Below, piece after piece: positions 28,001 to 37,486 of a stretch of DNA of 59,383 bases; the first letter of the stretch is position 1; every line of letters begins with the position of its first letter. A program made the position numbers and the translations under genes. This stretch comes from a virus (Duplodnaviria > Caudoviricetes), in the IMG/VR virus record IMGVR_UViG_3300010214_000044, positions 1 to 59,383 of that record; one strand, given 5' to 3'. The notes under the pieces were generated by a model, which did not search any database, was not told the DNA's origin, and was given only the letters and a program-made list of their open reading frames with translations.

Positions 28001-31000
28001 GGTGTCCTTCTGCAGAGATTCGATCTCGGAGTCGGTCAGCCGGTTCGTAGCGCGCGAGGTAGCGGGCTTCCGACTCGGTGAGCGCGTCGAAGCCGTAGCC
28101 GGTGGCGGCGCGGAATTCGTTTTCGAGGTCACCATGTTTTTGTCGAAGGGAAGCCAGGATTTCAGCAGAGGGCTGAATTTTTGCACTGTACTGCTTGCCG
28201 GTCAATGCAATGACCCCGGCCACGGTACCGCCGCCTTCCCGAATATGGCTGGCCAGCGCCGCGAACGTGCCGCCCTGGGTCAGGGTGTCGTCCACCAGCA
28301 AATAGGGCTTGGCTTCCACCGCGCCGGCGAAGTCCACGGGTGCAAAGATGCGATCCAGCCCATCCATGCCTGTGCGGTGAGCCCGATTGGCCTGCACGAT
28401 GGCGCCAGAAGTGGACAGCCCAAGTCGCTGGGCCAGCACGCCGGCCGCTGCCACAGGGATTCTGTTGCGCCCGGTAGCCTCCTCGGCCGCCACTGGCACC
28501 ACCACCGGCTTGGAGTCCCCAATCGCAGCCCGCACCTTAGCCACCAGCTCGGGAGTCACAATGTCTTGAGCCAGGCGAAAGGCGGCCTCGATGTCACCGG
28601 CCTTGGCGGCAGCATAGTCAGGATGCGATGAGGCAGAGCCCAGGGTACTGCCGATGATGGCATCCGGCATGCTGGTCGCGCTGGTGCGGCTGAATGCAAT
28701 GTCACCCGCCATTCCAGCGCCAGCACCACGCTCCACCCAGCTGCGGGCCGGGAGAATGAAAGACCGAATTATTTCGTCGTCAGTGACCTCGCTGGATTTG
28801 AACCTTGCGACATGCTGGCGCAGCCAGGAGCGGATCGCGGCCACTGCACGGCGCACAAAACCCATCTCGGGGCGGCTCTGGGCCCACTCGGCCAGCACCT
28901 CCTCGGCAGCCTGCAGACGGTGCTCGGGTGTCATGGCATTCCAAATCTGGTCCGCCGTCGCATCATCCAATGCAACGTCTCCGAGCTTCTTCTTATCCAG
29001 CAGACCATACTCGACCGCCTTGCGGCGCACGTCACCACGGCGCACGGACACGATCTGCTTGAGCACGCTATCCAGGCCGGTACCGAACACACCGCGCAGG
29101 CCATGGTGGCCCAGCGCCTCGTGCATCAGCACCCGGGCCACATCCTTGTCGGTGTGCAGCTGGCTGGCCAGCAGATAGGCCTTTCCTCCGTAGTAGAAGC
29201 CCTCGGGGTCACCATCGGCGCCACCACTGCGCTGTGCCTGGTCAGCCCGGCGCGCAGCTGCTGGGATTGCAGGATCTGCCATGTCATACACCACCGTGAC
29301 CTCGGGGCCATTGGCCCAGCCCGCGCGAATGGCATCCACGGTCTTCTGTACCGCGCTCACAGCCTCCGCCCGGGCCTGGGCCACGGGCTGACCGTCGTTC
29401 ATGGCCTGCAGGAAGCCGTCCACATCGAAATCAGCATCAGCATCCTGGCGGCGGAAACGGGTATCACTGTCGCCGGCAGCTTGGATAGCGGGCTTGTCGA
29501 TAACCACCATGCGGGCAGAAACACCGGTGTTCACCGGCAGGCTCGGGTCCATGAATGAGCCATCGGGCAGCTTTTCATTCGTGGCGCCGCGCTCGTCCAG
29601 CCACTCGCGGAAGCCCTCGGCGCGCTTGTTCGACTGGAAGAATGCGCCCTCACCCACGATAGCGACAAGACGGCCACCGGGCTTGAGCAGGCCATAGGCA
29701 TGCTGCACATGCTGAATGTCGCGCCCATTGGAAAAGGGCGGATTCATCACGATCCGGTCGTACTGCTTGCCTTGCAGCTCCAGGAAGTCGGAGCCCACCA
29801 GGTTGTAACCTTTGGCCTCCAGCAGCTCGCGGCGCGTGTTGGACAGTTCAGCCACATCAGGCTCCACGCCGGTCTGCTCACGAATGGCATCAGCAATATG
29901 CGCCATACCTGCGTGTGGCTCCAGCACTTCCATGCCTGGCTGAATCTCGGCCGCATCAATGGCAGCCTCTGTCGCGGCAGCGCCGGTTGGAAAGAAGTCC
30001 AGGCCATCATTGGAGCGGCCCACCATGGAACGCTCGAGCTGCTTGATGCGGTCAGGCTCGGCACGCTCCTGGCGCAAGTTCTGCAGCTCGCGCAGGGCGC
30101 TGCGGAATTCGGCGGGGGTTTGAATGCCCATGCGCTGCAGGCGCTGACGCTTCTCCAGTGTGCTCTCCAGCTGCCAAGGCAGCGCCAGCACCTTGGAGCC
30201 TTTGCGCTTACCCAGCTTGGCAAGATCCTCCACAAACGGCATGCCCAGTTGAATGCGCTTGTCGCCATCACCCTGCCACAACCCCTGCTGCATCGCCTCA
30301 CCAGGCGACAGAATCACGCGGTTTTGGCCGCGCTTGATCTGCAAGACCACAGCTTTGCCCACCAAATCGCTTTTCCTGATGGCGCGCTCGGCCAGATCCT
30401 TGCTGGCGTAGTCTGCAAAGCTCCCCTTGGTCTTGTTGCCGAAGTGGCTCACACTGAGCAGGTTGTCTTTCGCCCAGCTCGTGTAGGCGTCAGTCACATC
30501 GTCCGCAAGACGGGCAAGGGAAGCCCCTATCTTCTTGCCGCCGTCGATTTCCAGCAACTGGCGCGCCAGGCCGGCAAGATCGCTGCGGTACATAGTGAAG
30601 CGGGGGAACTCGGCAAAGTCCACCGTCTGGGCATCCATGGGCGCATGCTTGTTCTCTTCGACTGCAGCCCAAGAGCCATGCTTTGCCATCAGCTGCTGCA
30701 CCTTGGCAGAGCCCAACGCCTGCAGCAATTGAGACAGCTGCGTCTTGGTGCGAACACCATCCAAGAACTGGACCCTGCCCGCCTCGATGGCATCCGCCAG
30801 GTTACGCATGGTCCCGGCATAGGCCTTGCTGCCGCGTGCGGCGTCCTCGGCCGCATTGGCCATGCGAGCCCGGCGGGAGGTATTGGTCTTGCGGTCGGCC
30901 CCAAGCTGCTCGTCTGCGCCTTGGTCCAAGGCTTCTGCCATGGCGCGCAAGCGCTCTACCGTGGTCTGGCTCTTGTCATCCTCGAAGGCGTCACGGCGCT

Positions 31001-34000
31001 GGTTGGCCAGATCCTGCGCCTGCGCTGTATCCCCGGCCACCAGCTTCTGGAACGCCTCGGCCGCTTCACGGGTACGGAACTGAAAGCCCGGTACCGCGCC
31101 ATTGCCGCGATAGCTGCTGTAGCTGCCACCCAGGCGCTTGGCGCTGCTGTTGAGGGTGTCGTAAGCATCGCGCTCCACGCGCTCGGCCAGCTGCACCACA
31201 AATAGGTCATGCCCATGTTTGGTGTGTTTGGTGGCGATGATTTCGCCGGCCGTGGTGTTACCGGCGCTTTGCACCGTGACCCGGGCCCGGCGCTTTTCCG
31301 CCTCGCGTTGATCCTTTGTCTGCTCGGCCTCTAGGGCATCAAACTTCTGGCGCTGCTCGGGTGTCAGGCGCAGATAGGCCGCTTGGCTGGTTTCCCCCTG
31401 ATCGGCCCAATGGCTCATAAAGCCGCGGAAGTCCTGCAAGGTTTTGGGATTGGCCAGCGCCTCTGCCTCTGCAGTCCGCTGCGCTTTGAATTCCTCGCGC
31501 AGCGCCTTGATTTCAGCAGCCCGGGCAGCCAGGTCTTCGGCCGTGGTGTTGCCCACCAGCTCGCGCAGTGCCTGGGCCTTGTCGGCCTTGTTCTTGGCAA
31601 TATTGGCTGCAGACAGGAATTGAATGCCTGGCCCATAGCTGCGCCCCAGCGCGTAGGTATCCAGCATCTTTTGATAGGCAGCCAGGACGATGGCGTCCTT
31701 CTTCTCGCTCCCCATCCGATAGGCAAACGCCGGGCCTCCGGCGCGCAGCAGCTTGTCCTTTGTCAATTGCTGCAGCTCAGAAAGCACCGCATCCTGGTTG
31801 GATTCCAGCTCGGCAAAGGCGCTCTTGTAGTCATCCAGCGCCAGCTGGCCAGAGCTGATGCCGTCCTCGATGGTGTTATGTCGGCCAAGGAATGACACGG
31901 CCTCGGCCTCGGCTTTTGGTGCGGCCTGACTTTCCTTGGCGGGTGCACGCTGCACGGGGCCAGCCTTCAACGCACGCGCATCCGGGGGCGTGGAATGGGT
32001 TCGCGCCCCCTCGTTTGGCTCATTCACCCAGGCGTCGCCCTCCTTGCGCACTGCCTGTACCTTCACGCTCCACTGCCCATCGGCATCTGGCGCGGTGTAG
32101 GCAATCACACGGTCATGCCCGCCGTAGCTCTTGACGATGTTGCCAGGGATGAAATAGTCGGCTCGAGCCTTCTCCGCGTCACCATCCTGTGCCGCGCGGG
32201 GCTTGCGTGCCGGCGTTGACTTTGCAGCCGGAGCCAGCTCGTCGGCCGTTGTTGAGTAACCTGTGCCAAGCGCGTTATCACCACGAACAACCACCCGGCC
32301 TGTGTCGGAGACGCTTTCCACGGTTCCGCGGTGGCCCTTGTACAGGCCGCTCGTGATTTCAACTACCGCGCCCACCGATGGAGTGAATGCCGCGCCGCTA
32401 CGCTCAGTACCTGCAGCCTTTGAATCGACAGCGCCCCCACTGGTGCTGCTGCTAGGAAATTCGTGGGCCGCCTCCAGCAGCTGATCGATGGGTGCATCCA
32501 GGCGGATCGTCTTCACGTCCTTGCCCTGCTCGCGCGCTGCCATCCATTGGTGGTGGCCGTCCAGCACATGGCCGTCTTGGGAAACCAGAATGGAGCGGTC
32601 GCCACCCTCGTAGCCCAGAGCCTTCTTCACCTTCTCGCGCGAAAACTCGGCCTGCGTGGGCTTCAGGCTCGAGGCGGGCACGGTTTCCTCCTGGTGCGCG
32701 ATACCCCGGGCGTTCATGAAATTGACCATGGCACCGCGGTGCTCGGCCTTGATCTGCGGCATCTGGGCGCGGGGCACGGCCTTGGTGCCCGAGTCCGGAG
32801 CAAATGCGGCCCAGCCGTTGCCCAGATCCTTGCCCTCGACCTTCGGGGCCGCTGGTTGCGCATTCTTGGTGCTGGATGTGAGCAGAACTGTCCCGCCCTT
32901 GCCCGGCTTCATCACATATCCCGGATCGTTGCGGCGGGAGGTCTGAGCTCGGAGTACGGATTCCGGGATTTCATCACCAGCCGCAATGGTCACTTCGGCT
33001 CGTGGATGCTTGGGATCCAGCAATTCCGCAACCTGGGCTTCGTAGTCGACAGGTGACTGCACAGCAGATGATTTTGCTACTTCTTTTATAGCTTCATTGC
33101 TTTTCTGCATTGCGATGAAAGCTTCTGAATTCATAGCGCTCAGCACCTTTTCGCGGTTGCCGGCGCTCATTTTTTCCCAGGCCTTGCCCTCCAGGTTCTG
33201 ACGAATGACCTTCGCCATCTTGGGCACGGCCGCAAGCACGGCGCGCTGCACATCGGGCTGCATGGCATCCCATCGGGCGCCAGCGTCCTGGTCAGCCTGG
33301 GCCACTTGCTGGCGCTGGGCGTTGCCCTCCCGGGCGATTTCCTCTGCCTTGCCGGTTGCCGCTTGCGCAGCGGGTGCCGGAACCTTGGGCTCAGTGGGGG
33401 CGGCGGGTGCGGGGCTGTCCGTGGGCTGCACCTGGCGCACGACATAGCCGCCCTCCACCTTCACCGGCTCCCATCCAGCGCCAGCCGCCTGGGCCGCTTT
33501 CACAGCTGGCAGCTTCACGGTGAACGGCTTGCCCTGTTTGTTCAGGATGTCCGGGGCGGCCTGGGCCACGCGCGCGGCGCGGTCTTGCTGCGCGGCCAGC
33601 TGAGCCTGTGCATTGCCTTCGCCTTCAACCTGGTCGACCTGCGCCCGGGCTGCTGCTGCTTCTTGCTGTGCCTGCTGAATGTTCTTCAGCCGGCGCTGCT
33701 CGTTCGCCTCCTGAATGTCTACCGGGCCGCCCTTGGCCGCGTGCTCTGGCAGTTCAGTGGGGTTGGGACGGTATTGACGGCCAGACCAGTCGGCGGCGCG
33801 GGCCTCCGCTTCTGCGGCCTGGTCCTGCAGGTCCGCCATGCGCTGGGCTGGCGAGAGCAGATCCAGCTCCTGCTGCAAGGCTGTACGCTGGGCCAGTGCC
33901 TCGTTGGTCCAGCCCTGATTGCGCCCCATCAGGCTCAGAAAGTTCAAATGCTCCTGGATCTGGCCGGCGCGCTCCTCGGGTGAAATCTCCCCTGTTTCCG

Positions 34001-35816
34001 CATCAATCCCTTGTGCAGAAACCTCGGGGCGCTCATTATTTTGAGTGCCGAGAGCTAGCATCGCTGGCGCTGCCTGCTGGGTCGCGGCAGCACCGAGATT
34101 GGCTGCACGAGACAAAGCCCCTCTAGGCTTCAGTACAGGCAGCGGAGTATCCCTGTCTGCCAATGTCAGTCCGCCGGTATCCCATTGGCGTTCCGGCTTT
34201 GCAACCGACAGGGGCGGCAGACCCGTATCAACCTCGATGCGCCCGGTATCCAGCTGGGGCGGCATGGCCAGCCCAGTTTTTTGCTGCACGGCATCGTGAT
34301 CAAGCACGGGCGGCGCGATGCCATCCATCCCATTACCTCGGCGCGCCAGATGCATACCACTGGTTTCAAATGGGCGATCCATCAGCATGCGCGGGTCATA
34401 CGACCAATCTGGTGCAGCACCCAATTCCGTCTTGAAATCCGGAATGTCTTGCGCGCTGAAGTCCAAAGGCTGCCCACGCTCAGGCGCAGGAAGAAGGGCG
34501 TCAGGTGGAAACGCACTCACCAGTGCCTGCGCCTGGCCCTCGACATAGCGCTGCACATGGGCTGGCATAGCGCCTCGCTGCAGAGCTCCCAATAACTCCA
34601 GGGCATCCTTCCTGTCATCCCCCTGGGCAACCTTGGCCACCGCGGACAGATCCTGCAGCAGCTTCAACTGTGCTTGTCGACTTGAGGAGGCAACAGGTTC
34701 CACATTAGCTGCAACGCCTGGCGTGGTGGCCCAATCTGCGCTGCCTCCAATAGGCTGCAACACCTGGGAATCAGTCACAGAACTAACAGCACCTTGCGCT
34801 TGTTGTGTATCCGCTTGCGACTGCGCCCCCTTGTTTCCCACAGCAATGGCCTCATCCAACGGGTTGCCAGGCGCTTGCCCAGCTCCGTGCCCACCAGTAA
34901 GCAACGAAGTGCCCGCGCCCGTCATGCCGCCCAGCGCAGCGCCCATGCCGGCGGCAGCTGCCACCCCCTTGGATGGGTCAATGCTCGGATCAAAGGGAAT
35001 AGCCGCGCGCTGGCCCTCGTATTGGGTAACACCTTCCTCCACGGCTTCTTGGGCGGCCTCGCTCAGACCGGTCTTCGCTGCACGCGCAGCAGCGCCACCG
35101 CCGAATCCCTTGGCGCCCGCCAGCAGCTTTTCCGCACCGAAAGCGCCGCCAGCACCACCCACCAGAGCCGGAATCACGCTGGCTTGGCGTGCTGCTGCCG
35201 TGGCCTCTTCCTCCGTTGCCCCGGCCTTGATAGCTAGGTCATAAGCGGTACCGGCGGCATCACCGCCAGCCATGGCGGCGCCTGCAGCAACACCACCAGC
35301 CCGTCCAGCGCGTTCGATGCCCTTGGAGGCCATGCCTGCAGCACGGGCAGCCATGCCGGCCCCCTTGACCGCTGCACCTGGACCCACAAAGGAACCAGCA
35401 GCCTGCGCGGCAGCCAGCAGAGGGTTCTCGGCAATGTAGCTACCGACAGCCCCCAGCTCACCCATCACCCCATCGGCGTTTTCCACCCCTTCGCGGAATT
35501 TCTTCTTCGAGGCCTTGACCACATCGCTTTGGGACTCTTCGCCGGCCTGGATGATGTTCTTGTCAATCCAGCCCGATACCGCATTGCCGGGCTTGATGAA
35601 GTTGGCCGCAGACGACAAGCCACCGGCGGCCGCATTGGCTGCCTCGATTACGGTGTCATTAGCCACGGCCATCAGGCCGCGACTCTTGGGCGGTTCATCG
35701 GCCGCGGGCGCAGCACCAGGCGTGAACGGACTCACATAGCCTGCACCGATGCCGGCGGCGTCCAGATCGTCGAAGGAGCTGAGCGCGCGAGGCGTAGGGG
35801 TCTTTTTCTTGGACAT
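25017..35816 (-). CDS. Giant polyvalent internal virion protein (3599 aa): ParB-like, KOW, DNA methylase, metallopeptidase-like, PRTase and PLxRFG domains
   Basis: VLDGHHQW; VEITSGLYKGHRGTV; DFFPT/VLEPHAG/MNPPF; HEALGH and EEVLAE; LLVDDTLTQGGT; YAPLSRFG. Confidence 0.85.
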   Translation of the reverse strand: MSKKKTPTPRALSSFDDLDAAGIGAGYVSPFTPGAAPAADEPPKSRGLMAVANDTVIEAANAAAGGLSSAANFIKPGNAVSGWIDKNIIQAGEESQSDVVKASKKKFREGVENADGVMGELGAVGSYIAENPLLAAAQAAGSFVGPGAAVKGAGMAARAAGMASKGIERAGRAGGVAAGAAMAGGDAAGTAYDLAIKAGATEEEATAAARQASVIPALVGGAGGAFGAEKLLAGAKGFGGGAAARAAKTGLSEAAQEAVEEGVTQYEGQRAAIPFDPSIDPSKGVAAAAGMGAALGGMTGAGTSLLTGGHGAGQAPGNPLDEAIAVGNKGAQSQADTQQAQGAVSSVTDSQVLQPIGGSADWATTPGVAANVEPVASSSRQAQLKLLQDLSAVAKVAQGDDRKDALELLGALQRGAMPAHVQRYVEGQAQALVSAFPPDALLPAPERGQPLDFSAQDIPDFKTELGAAPDWSYDPRMLMDRPFETSGMHLARRGNGMDGIAPPVLDHDAVQQKTGLAMPPQLDTGRIEVDTGLPPLSVAKPERQWDTGGLTLADRDTPLPVLKPRGALSRAANLGAAATQQAAPAMLALGTQNNERPEVSAQGIDAETGEISPEERAGQIQEHLNFLSLMGRNQGWTNEALAQRTALQQELDLLSPAQRMADLQDQAAEAEARAADWSGRQYRPNPTELPEHAAKGGPVDIQEANEQRRLKNIQQAQQEAAAARAQVDQVEGEGNAQAQLAAQQDRAARVAQAAPDILNKQGKPFTVKLPAVKAAQAAGAGWEPVKVEGGYVVRQVQPTDSPAPAAPTEPKVPAPAAQAATGKAEEIAREGNAQRQQVAQADQDAGARWDAMQPDVQRAVLAAVPKMAKVIRQNLEGKAWEKMSAGNREKVLSAMNSEAFIAMQKSNEAIKEVAKSSAVQSPVDYEAQVAELLDPKHPRAEVTIAAGDEIPESVLRAQTSRRNDPGYVMKPGKGGTVLLTSSTKNAQPAAPKVEGKDLGNGWAAFAPDSGTKAVPRAQMPQIKAEHRGAMVNFMNARGIAHQEETVPASSLKPTQAEFSREKVKKALGYEGGDRSILVSQDGHVLDGHHQWMAAREQGKDVKTIRLDAPIDQLLEAAHEFPSSSTSGGAVDSKAAGTERSGAAFTPSVGAVVEITSGLYKGHRGTVESVSDTGRVVVRGDNALGTGYSTTADELAPAAKSTPARKPRAAQDGDAEKARADYFIPGNIVKSYGGHDRVIAYTAPDADGQWSVKVQAVRKEGDAWVNEPNEGARTHSTPPDARALKAGPVQRAPAKESQAAPKAEAEAVSFLGRHNTIEDGISSGQLALDDYKSAFAELESNQDAVLSELQQLTKDKLLRAGGPAFAYRMGSEKKDAIVLAAYQKMLDTYALGRSYGPGIQFLSAANIAKNKADKAQALRELVGNTTAEDLAARAAEIKALREEFKAQRTAEAEALANPKTLQDFRGFMSHWADQGETSQAAYLRLTPEQRQKFDALEAEQTKDQREAEKRRARVTVQSAGNTTAGEIIATKHTKHGHDLFVVQLAERVERDAYDTLNSSAKRLGGSYSSYRGNGAVPGFQFRTREAAEAFQKLVAGDTAQAQDLANQRRDAFEDDKSQTTVERLRAMAEALDQGADEQLGADRKTNTSRRARMANAAEDAARGSKAYAGTMRNLADAIEAGRVQFLDGVRTKTQLSQLLQALGSAKVQQLMAKHGSWAAVEENKHAPMDAQTVDFAEFPRFTMYRSDLAGLARQLLEIDGGKKIGASLARLADDVTDAYTSWAKDNLLSVSHFGNKTKGSFADYASKDLAERAIRKSDLVGKAVVLQIKRGQNRVILSPGEAMQQGLWQGDGDKRIQLGMPFVEDLAKLGKRKGSKVLALPWQLESTLEKRQRLQRMGIQTPAEFRSALRELQNLRQERAEPDRIKQLERSMVGRSNDGLDFFPTGAAATEAAIDAAEIQPGMEVLEPHAGMAHIADAIREQTGVEPDVAELSNTRRELLEAKGYNLVGSDFLELQGKQYDRIVMNPPFSNGRDIQHVQHAYGLLKPGGRLVAIVGEGAFFQSNKRAEGFREWLDERGATNEKLPDGSFMDPSLPVNTGVSARMVVIDKPAIQAAGDSDTRFRRQDADADFDVDGFLQAMNDGQPVAQARAEAVSAVQKTVDAIRAGWANGPEVTVVYDMADPAIPAAARRADQAQRSGGADGDPEGFYYGGKAYLLASQLHTDKDVARVLMHEALGHHGLRGVFGTGLDSVLKQIVSVRRGDVRRKAVEYGLLDKKKLGDVALDDATADQIWNAMTPEHRLQAAEEVLAEWAQSRPEMGFVRRAVAAIRSWLRQHVARFKSSEVTDDEIIRSFILPARSWVERGAGAGMAGDIAFSRTSATSMPDAIIGSTLGSASSHPDYAAAKAGDIEAAFRLAQDIVTPELVAKVRAAIGDSKPVVVPVAAEEATGRNRIPVAAAGVLAQRLGLSTSGAIVQANRAHRTGMDGLDRIFAPVDFAGAVEAKPYLLVDDTLTQGGTFAALASHIREGGGTVAGVIALTGKQYSAKIQPSAEILASLRQKHGDLENEFRAATGYGFDALTESEARYLARYEPADRLRDRISAEGHRGRAGEDQGNAGPGPLADGPLFSRSRLADIKGSALSQLDNILSHPGKVSMWDKTVGTMRHLAERNPFFKPVYESAQQNIDDVSMLANDAADQAPRILPRVDSMGDILGKNRKRPVSAADNKAVARPLFEGTLLWARDINGQASLVEDLVKKYANLSAHNKAAMLLKANRIDAGVLAMWQGLPAQQYENMINSRFESKILKAGVVWSDKELQSQFGATPDQISLYREARAAIDRSIDMTARADMMRTLGDGYAAMRDAVLEQPSLDSAGQLLLDMLEQDAKAVPDNRDRLAIQMQQIRKRLEDAKALQESGYAPLSRFGRYTVDVVDAAGERQYFGMYETMREANTAARNFRLTFPDAKVEQGTMSQQAYKLFAGVTPESLELFGNMLGLDSEGNEAQDKAFQEYLKLTKNNHSALKRMIHRKGTSGFSEDVGRVVANFVYSNARQAAAGLNVGTLDKAINAIPKDQGELKDLAMGLRSYIQDPQEEGQAVRGMLFAQYLGGSLASAFVNMTQPFQVTLPWLSQYGGMKKAGAQLARALKDMGTRGFQYEADLAKALQSAEDDGVVSPQEIHQLMSQARGAGALRAGDGTAAGNARATAANAWERTKVAWGQPFALAEQFNRRSTFIASYRLAKEQGIQNPSAFARKAVLDTQFVYSKAVKPQWARGTIGGTLFTFKTYSVSYLELMQRMWNQGQAGSPERAAGRRAVGWSIAMLMLMGGAGGLPFAEDVEDLIDAGGQLMGYSMSVKQWRKQLMQDVLGKDLAEFIEQGVSGLPGAPIDISGRLGMGNLIPGTGLFLEKRDHSRDLLEIIGPAGDLIQRAATGARKALTGDIAGAALEVSPTAVRNAAKGYDMADSGVYKDSKGRKVIDVTLGEAVAKAVGFQPKSVAETQEATATEQNLIGQNRAMKERLTADMAQAVYDKDGEKQGEIRERMRNWNRRNPESPLTIDMLAVRRRVIKMRQTKAERVAAAAPKSIRASVRQSLAEAQGPTTAP

Positions 35817-35827
35817 CTTGTGATTCC

Positions 35828-37378
35828 TTACTTACGGCGGGTGCCATACGCGGCAGCGACAAATGGGGATGCAGCACCCTGAAAGGCCGCGTCTGCAGCA
35901 TCCAGTTCGTCCTCGGCGGCTTTGATCTGGCGGGCGAATGCATCACGGGCTGCGTTGCCATCCTTGAGCCCAGGCGGCCGACTTGCGCGCAGCTGGGCGA
36001 GATCCGCGCGGGCTTTGTCCAAGCGCACGCCAGCAGCTTCTGCAGCCGGCGGCAATCCGGAACCGACTTGCTCGGCAAAGACAGGGGTAGATGGCTTTTT
36101 CTGAGACTGCTTGGTGTTGGATGGGGCGGCCTGCTTGGGTGCGGGCGTGGGCGCAAAACGCGAGTCGATGCGCCCCATTTCCTCCTCCGTGAAGCCGCTC
36201 TGCAGGGCTCGCTCCCTCACTGCCTGCAGATCCTCCGGGCTCTTGGCCTTTCGGGCTGCATCGCCAAACACCCTCGCCCGCTCGCGGGACACGTTGTCGC
36301 CAGCTGCCGCATCGCGCAGGCCTGCATAGATCTTCTGAGCATTGGCCCCCGAAAAAGCACGCCCCTCTGCTTCCGCCTTGGCCGCTTCGATGTCCATGGC
36401 CTGCTTGCGTGCTTGCTTAGGGTCAAAATCGGACAAAGTGTCAAATGGCGCTGCCTCGGCGCCCCCTGCTTTGCCCGAAGCTCTTCCAGCGGCAATGGCC
36501 AGTTGCTGCCCGCGGTGGCTGATGTCCGCGTTCAGCCTGCGCTCACTCAGTGCGTAATTGCGGTCGTCGTTCGCCTGCGCGCGCTGAGCCTGGGCATTGC
36601 GGTGCAGCATGTCCAGGTAATGCGATGTGTCGAGACTCTTCCAATGGGGCGACACCAGGGCAGTCAGTGCCTCCTGAGTGTTATCCACCGGCTGACCCAG
36701 CAGCGATTTAGCGCCATCGGCACCCAGCGTGTAGAACTGCACCTTGCCGTCCTTGCTGGTATCGAATCCCACCTTCGCACCGCCGAACAAGCCGGACTCG
36801 CTGGCAAATGAGCTCAGGCCTTGAGCTCCACCACCCAGCGCGGCACGCAGCCTGCTGTCGGCGTCCTTAGCGACTGCGGCCCTCTGTGCCTCATTGAACT
36901 GCAGGTCAGCAAACTGGCCTTGCTTGACGTTGCGCTCCATTTCAAGAGCCTTGTCGGCCAGACCGGCGCCACGGTATGCCGCCACCACGCGCTGATTCAT
37001 CGCCTCGGGCTTGGCGTAATCGGTCACGGCTTGCTGCGCTTCCGCAGCGGTGGAGAAAGGTTTGTTGACCCCTGGCGCAACCATGCGGAAGGTTGGCGCC
37101 GCTGGCTGACCGGTGCTGCCCTGGCTCAATGCCGCCGGTACCGGGGGGCCTGCGCTCTGATCGCCCAATGGACCGTCCACGACTTCAGCAGGGGCCTGGG
37201 CCTGCTTGAGAGACTGATTCAGCGCATCGGCATCCGCTTGCTGCTTCTGCCAAACCTCGCGCTGTTGCCTCTTGAACTGCTGGTCTTCATCGTCCCGCTT
37301 GCGCTGGTCCTCTACATCACGCTGTTTCAGAAAGCCGGTACCGGCCCCCGCCAGGAATGCAATGATTGGGCTTGCCAT
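35828..37378 (-). CDS. Probable internal virion/ejection protein
   Basis: MASPIIAFLAGAGTG start, Ala/Gln-rich, precedes the giant protein. Confidence 0.65.
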   Translation of the reverse strand: MASPIIAFLAGAGTGFLKQRDVEDQRKRDDEDQQFKRQQREVWQKQQADADALNQSLKQAQAPAEVVDGPLGDQSAGPPVPAALSQGSTGQPAAPTFRMVAPGVNKPFSTAAEAQQAVTDYAKPEAMNQRVVAAYRGAGLADKALEMERNVKQGQFADLQFNEAQRAAVAKDADSRLRAALGGGAQGLSSFASESGLFGGAKVGFDTSKDGKVQFYTLGADGAKSLLGQPVDNTQEALTALVSPHWKSLDTSHYLDMLHRNAQAQRAQANDDRNYALSERRLNADISHRGQQLAIAAGRASGKAGGAEAAPFDTLSDFDPKQARKQAMDIEAAKAEAEGRAFSGANAQKIYAGLRDAAAGDNVSRERARVFGDAARKAKSPEDLQAVRERALQSGFTEEEMGRIDSRFAPTPAPKQAAPSNTKQSQKKPSTPVFAEQVGSGLPPAAEAAGVRLDKARADLAQLRASRPPGLKDGNAARDAFARQIKAAEDELDAADAAFQGAASPFVAAAYGTRRK

Positions 37379-37428
37379 GTGTTCCCCTGCCATACCGCAG
37401 GCGCACACAAACGGCCTCGGCGCGGCCA

Positions 37429-37463
37429 ATGAAACGACAAGGCCGCGCCAGATTCAAGAGGGG
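37429..37463 (-). promoter_or_regulatory. Conserved bipartite motif, copy 3 (candidate late promoter)
   Basis: Minus strand CCCCTCTTGAA-tctggcgcggcctt-GTCGTTTCAT. Confidence 0.6.
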
Positions 37464-37486
37464 TCGGAATTCAGGTATTCCACGGG

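Noticed and set aside
25017-35816. N4-like virion RNA polymerase, suggested by size and capsid type
   Set aside because: No polymerase motifs recognised; polyvalent-protein domains found instead
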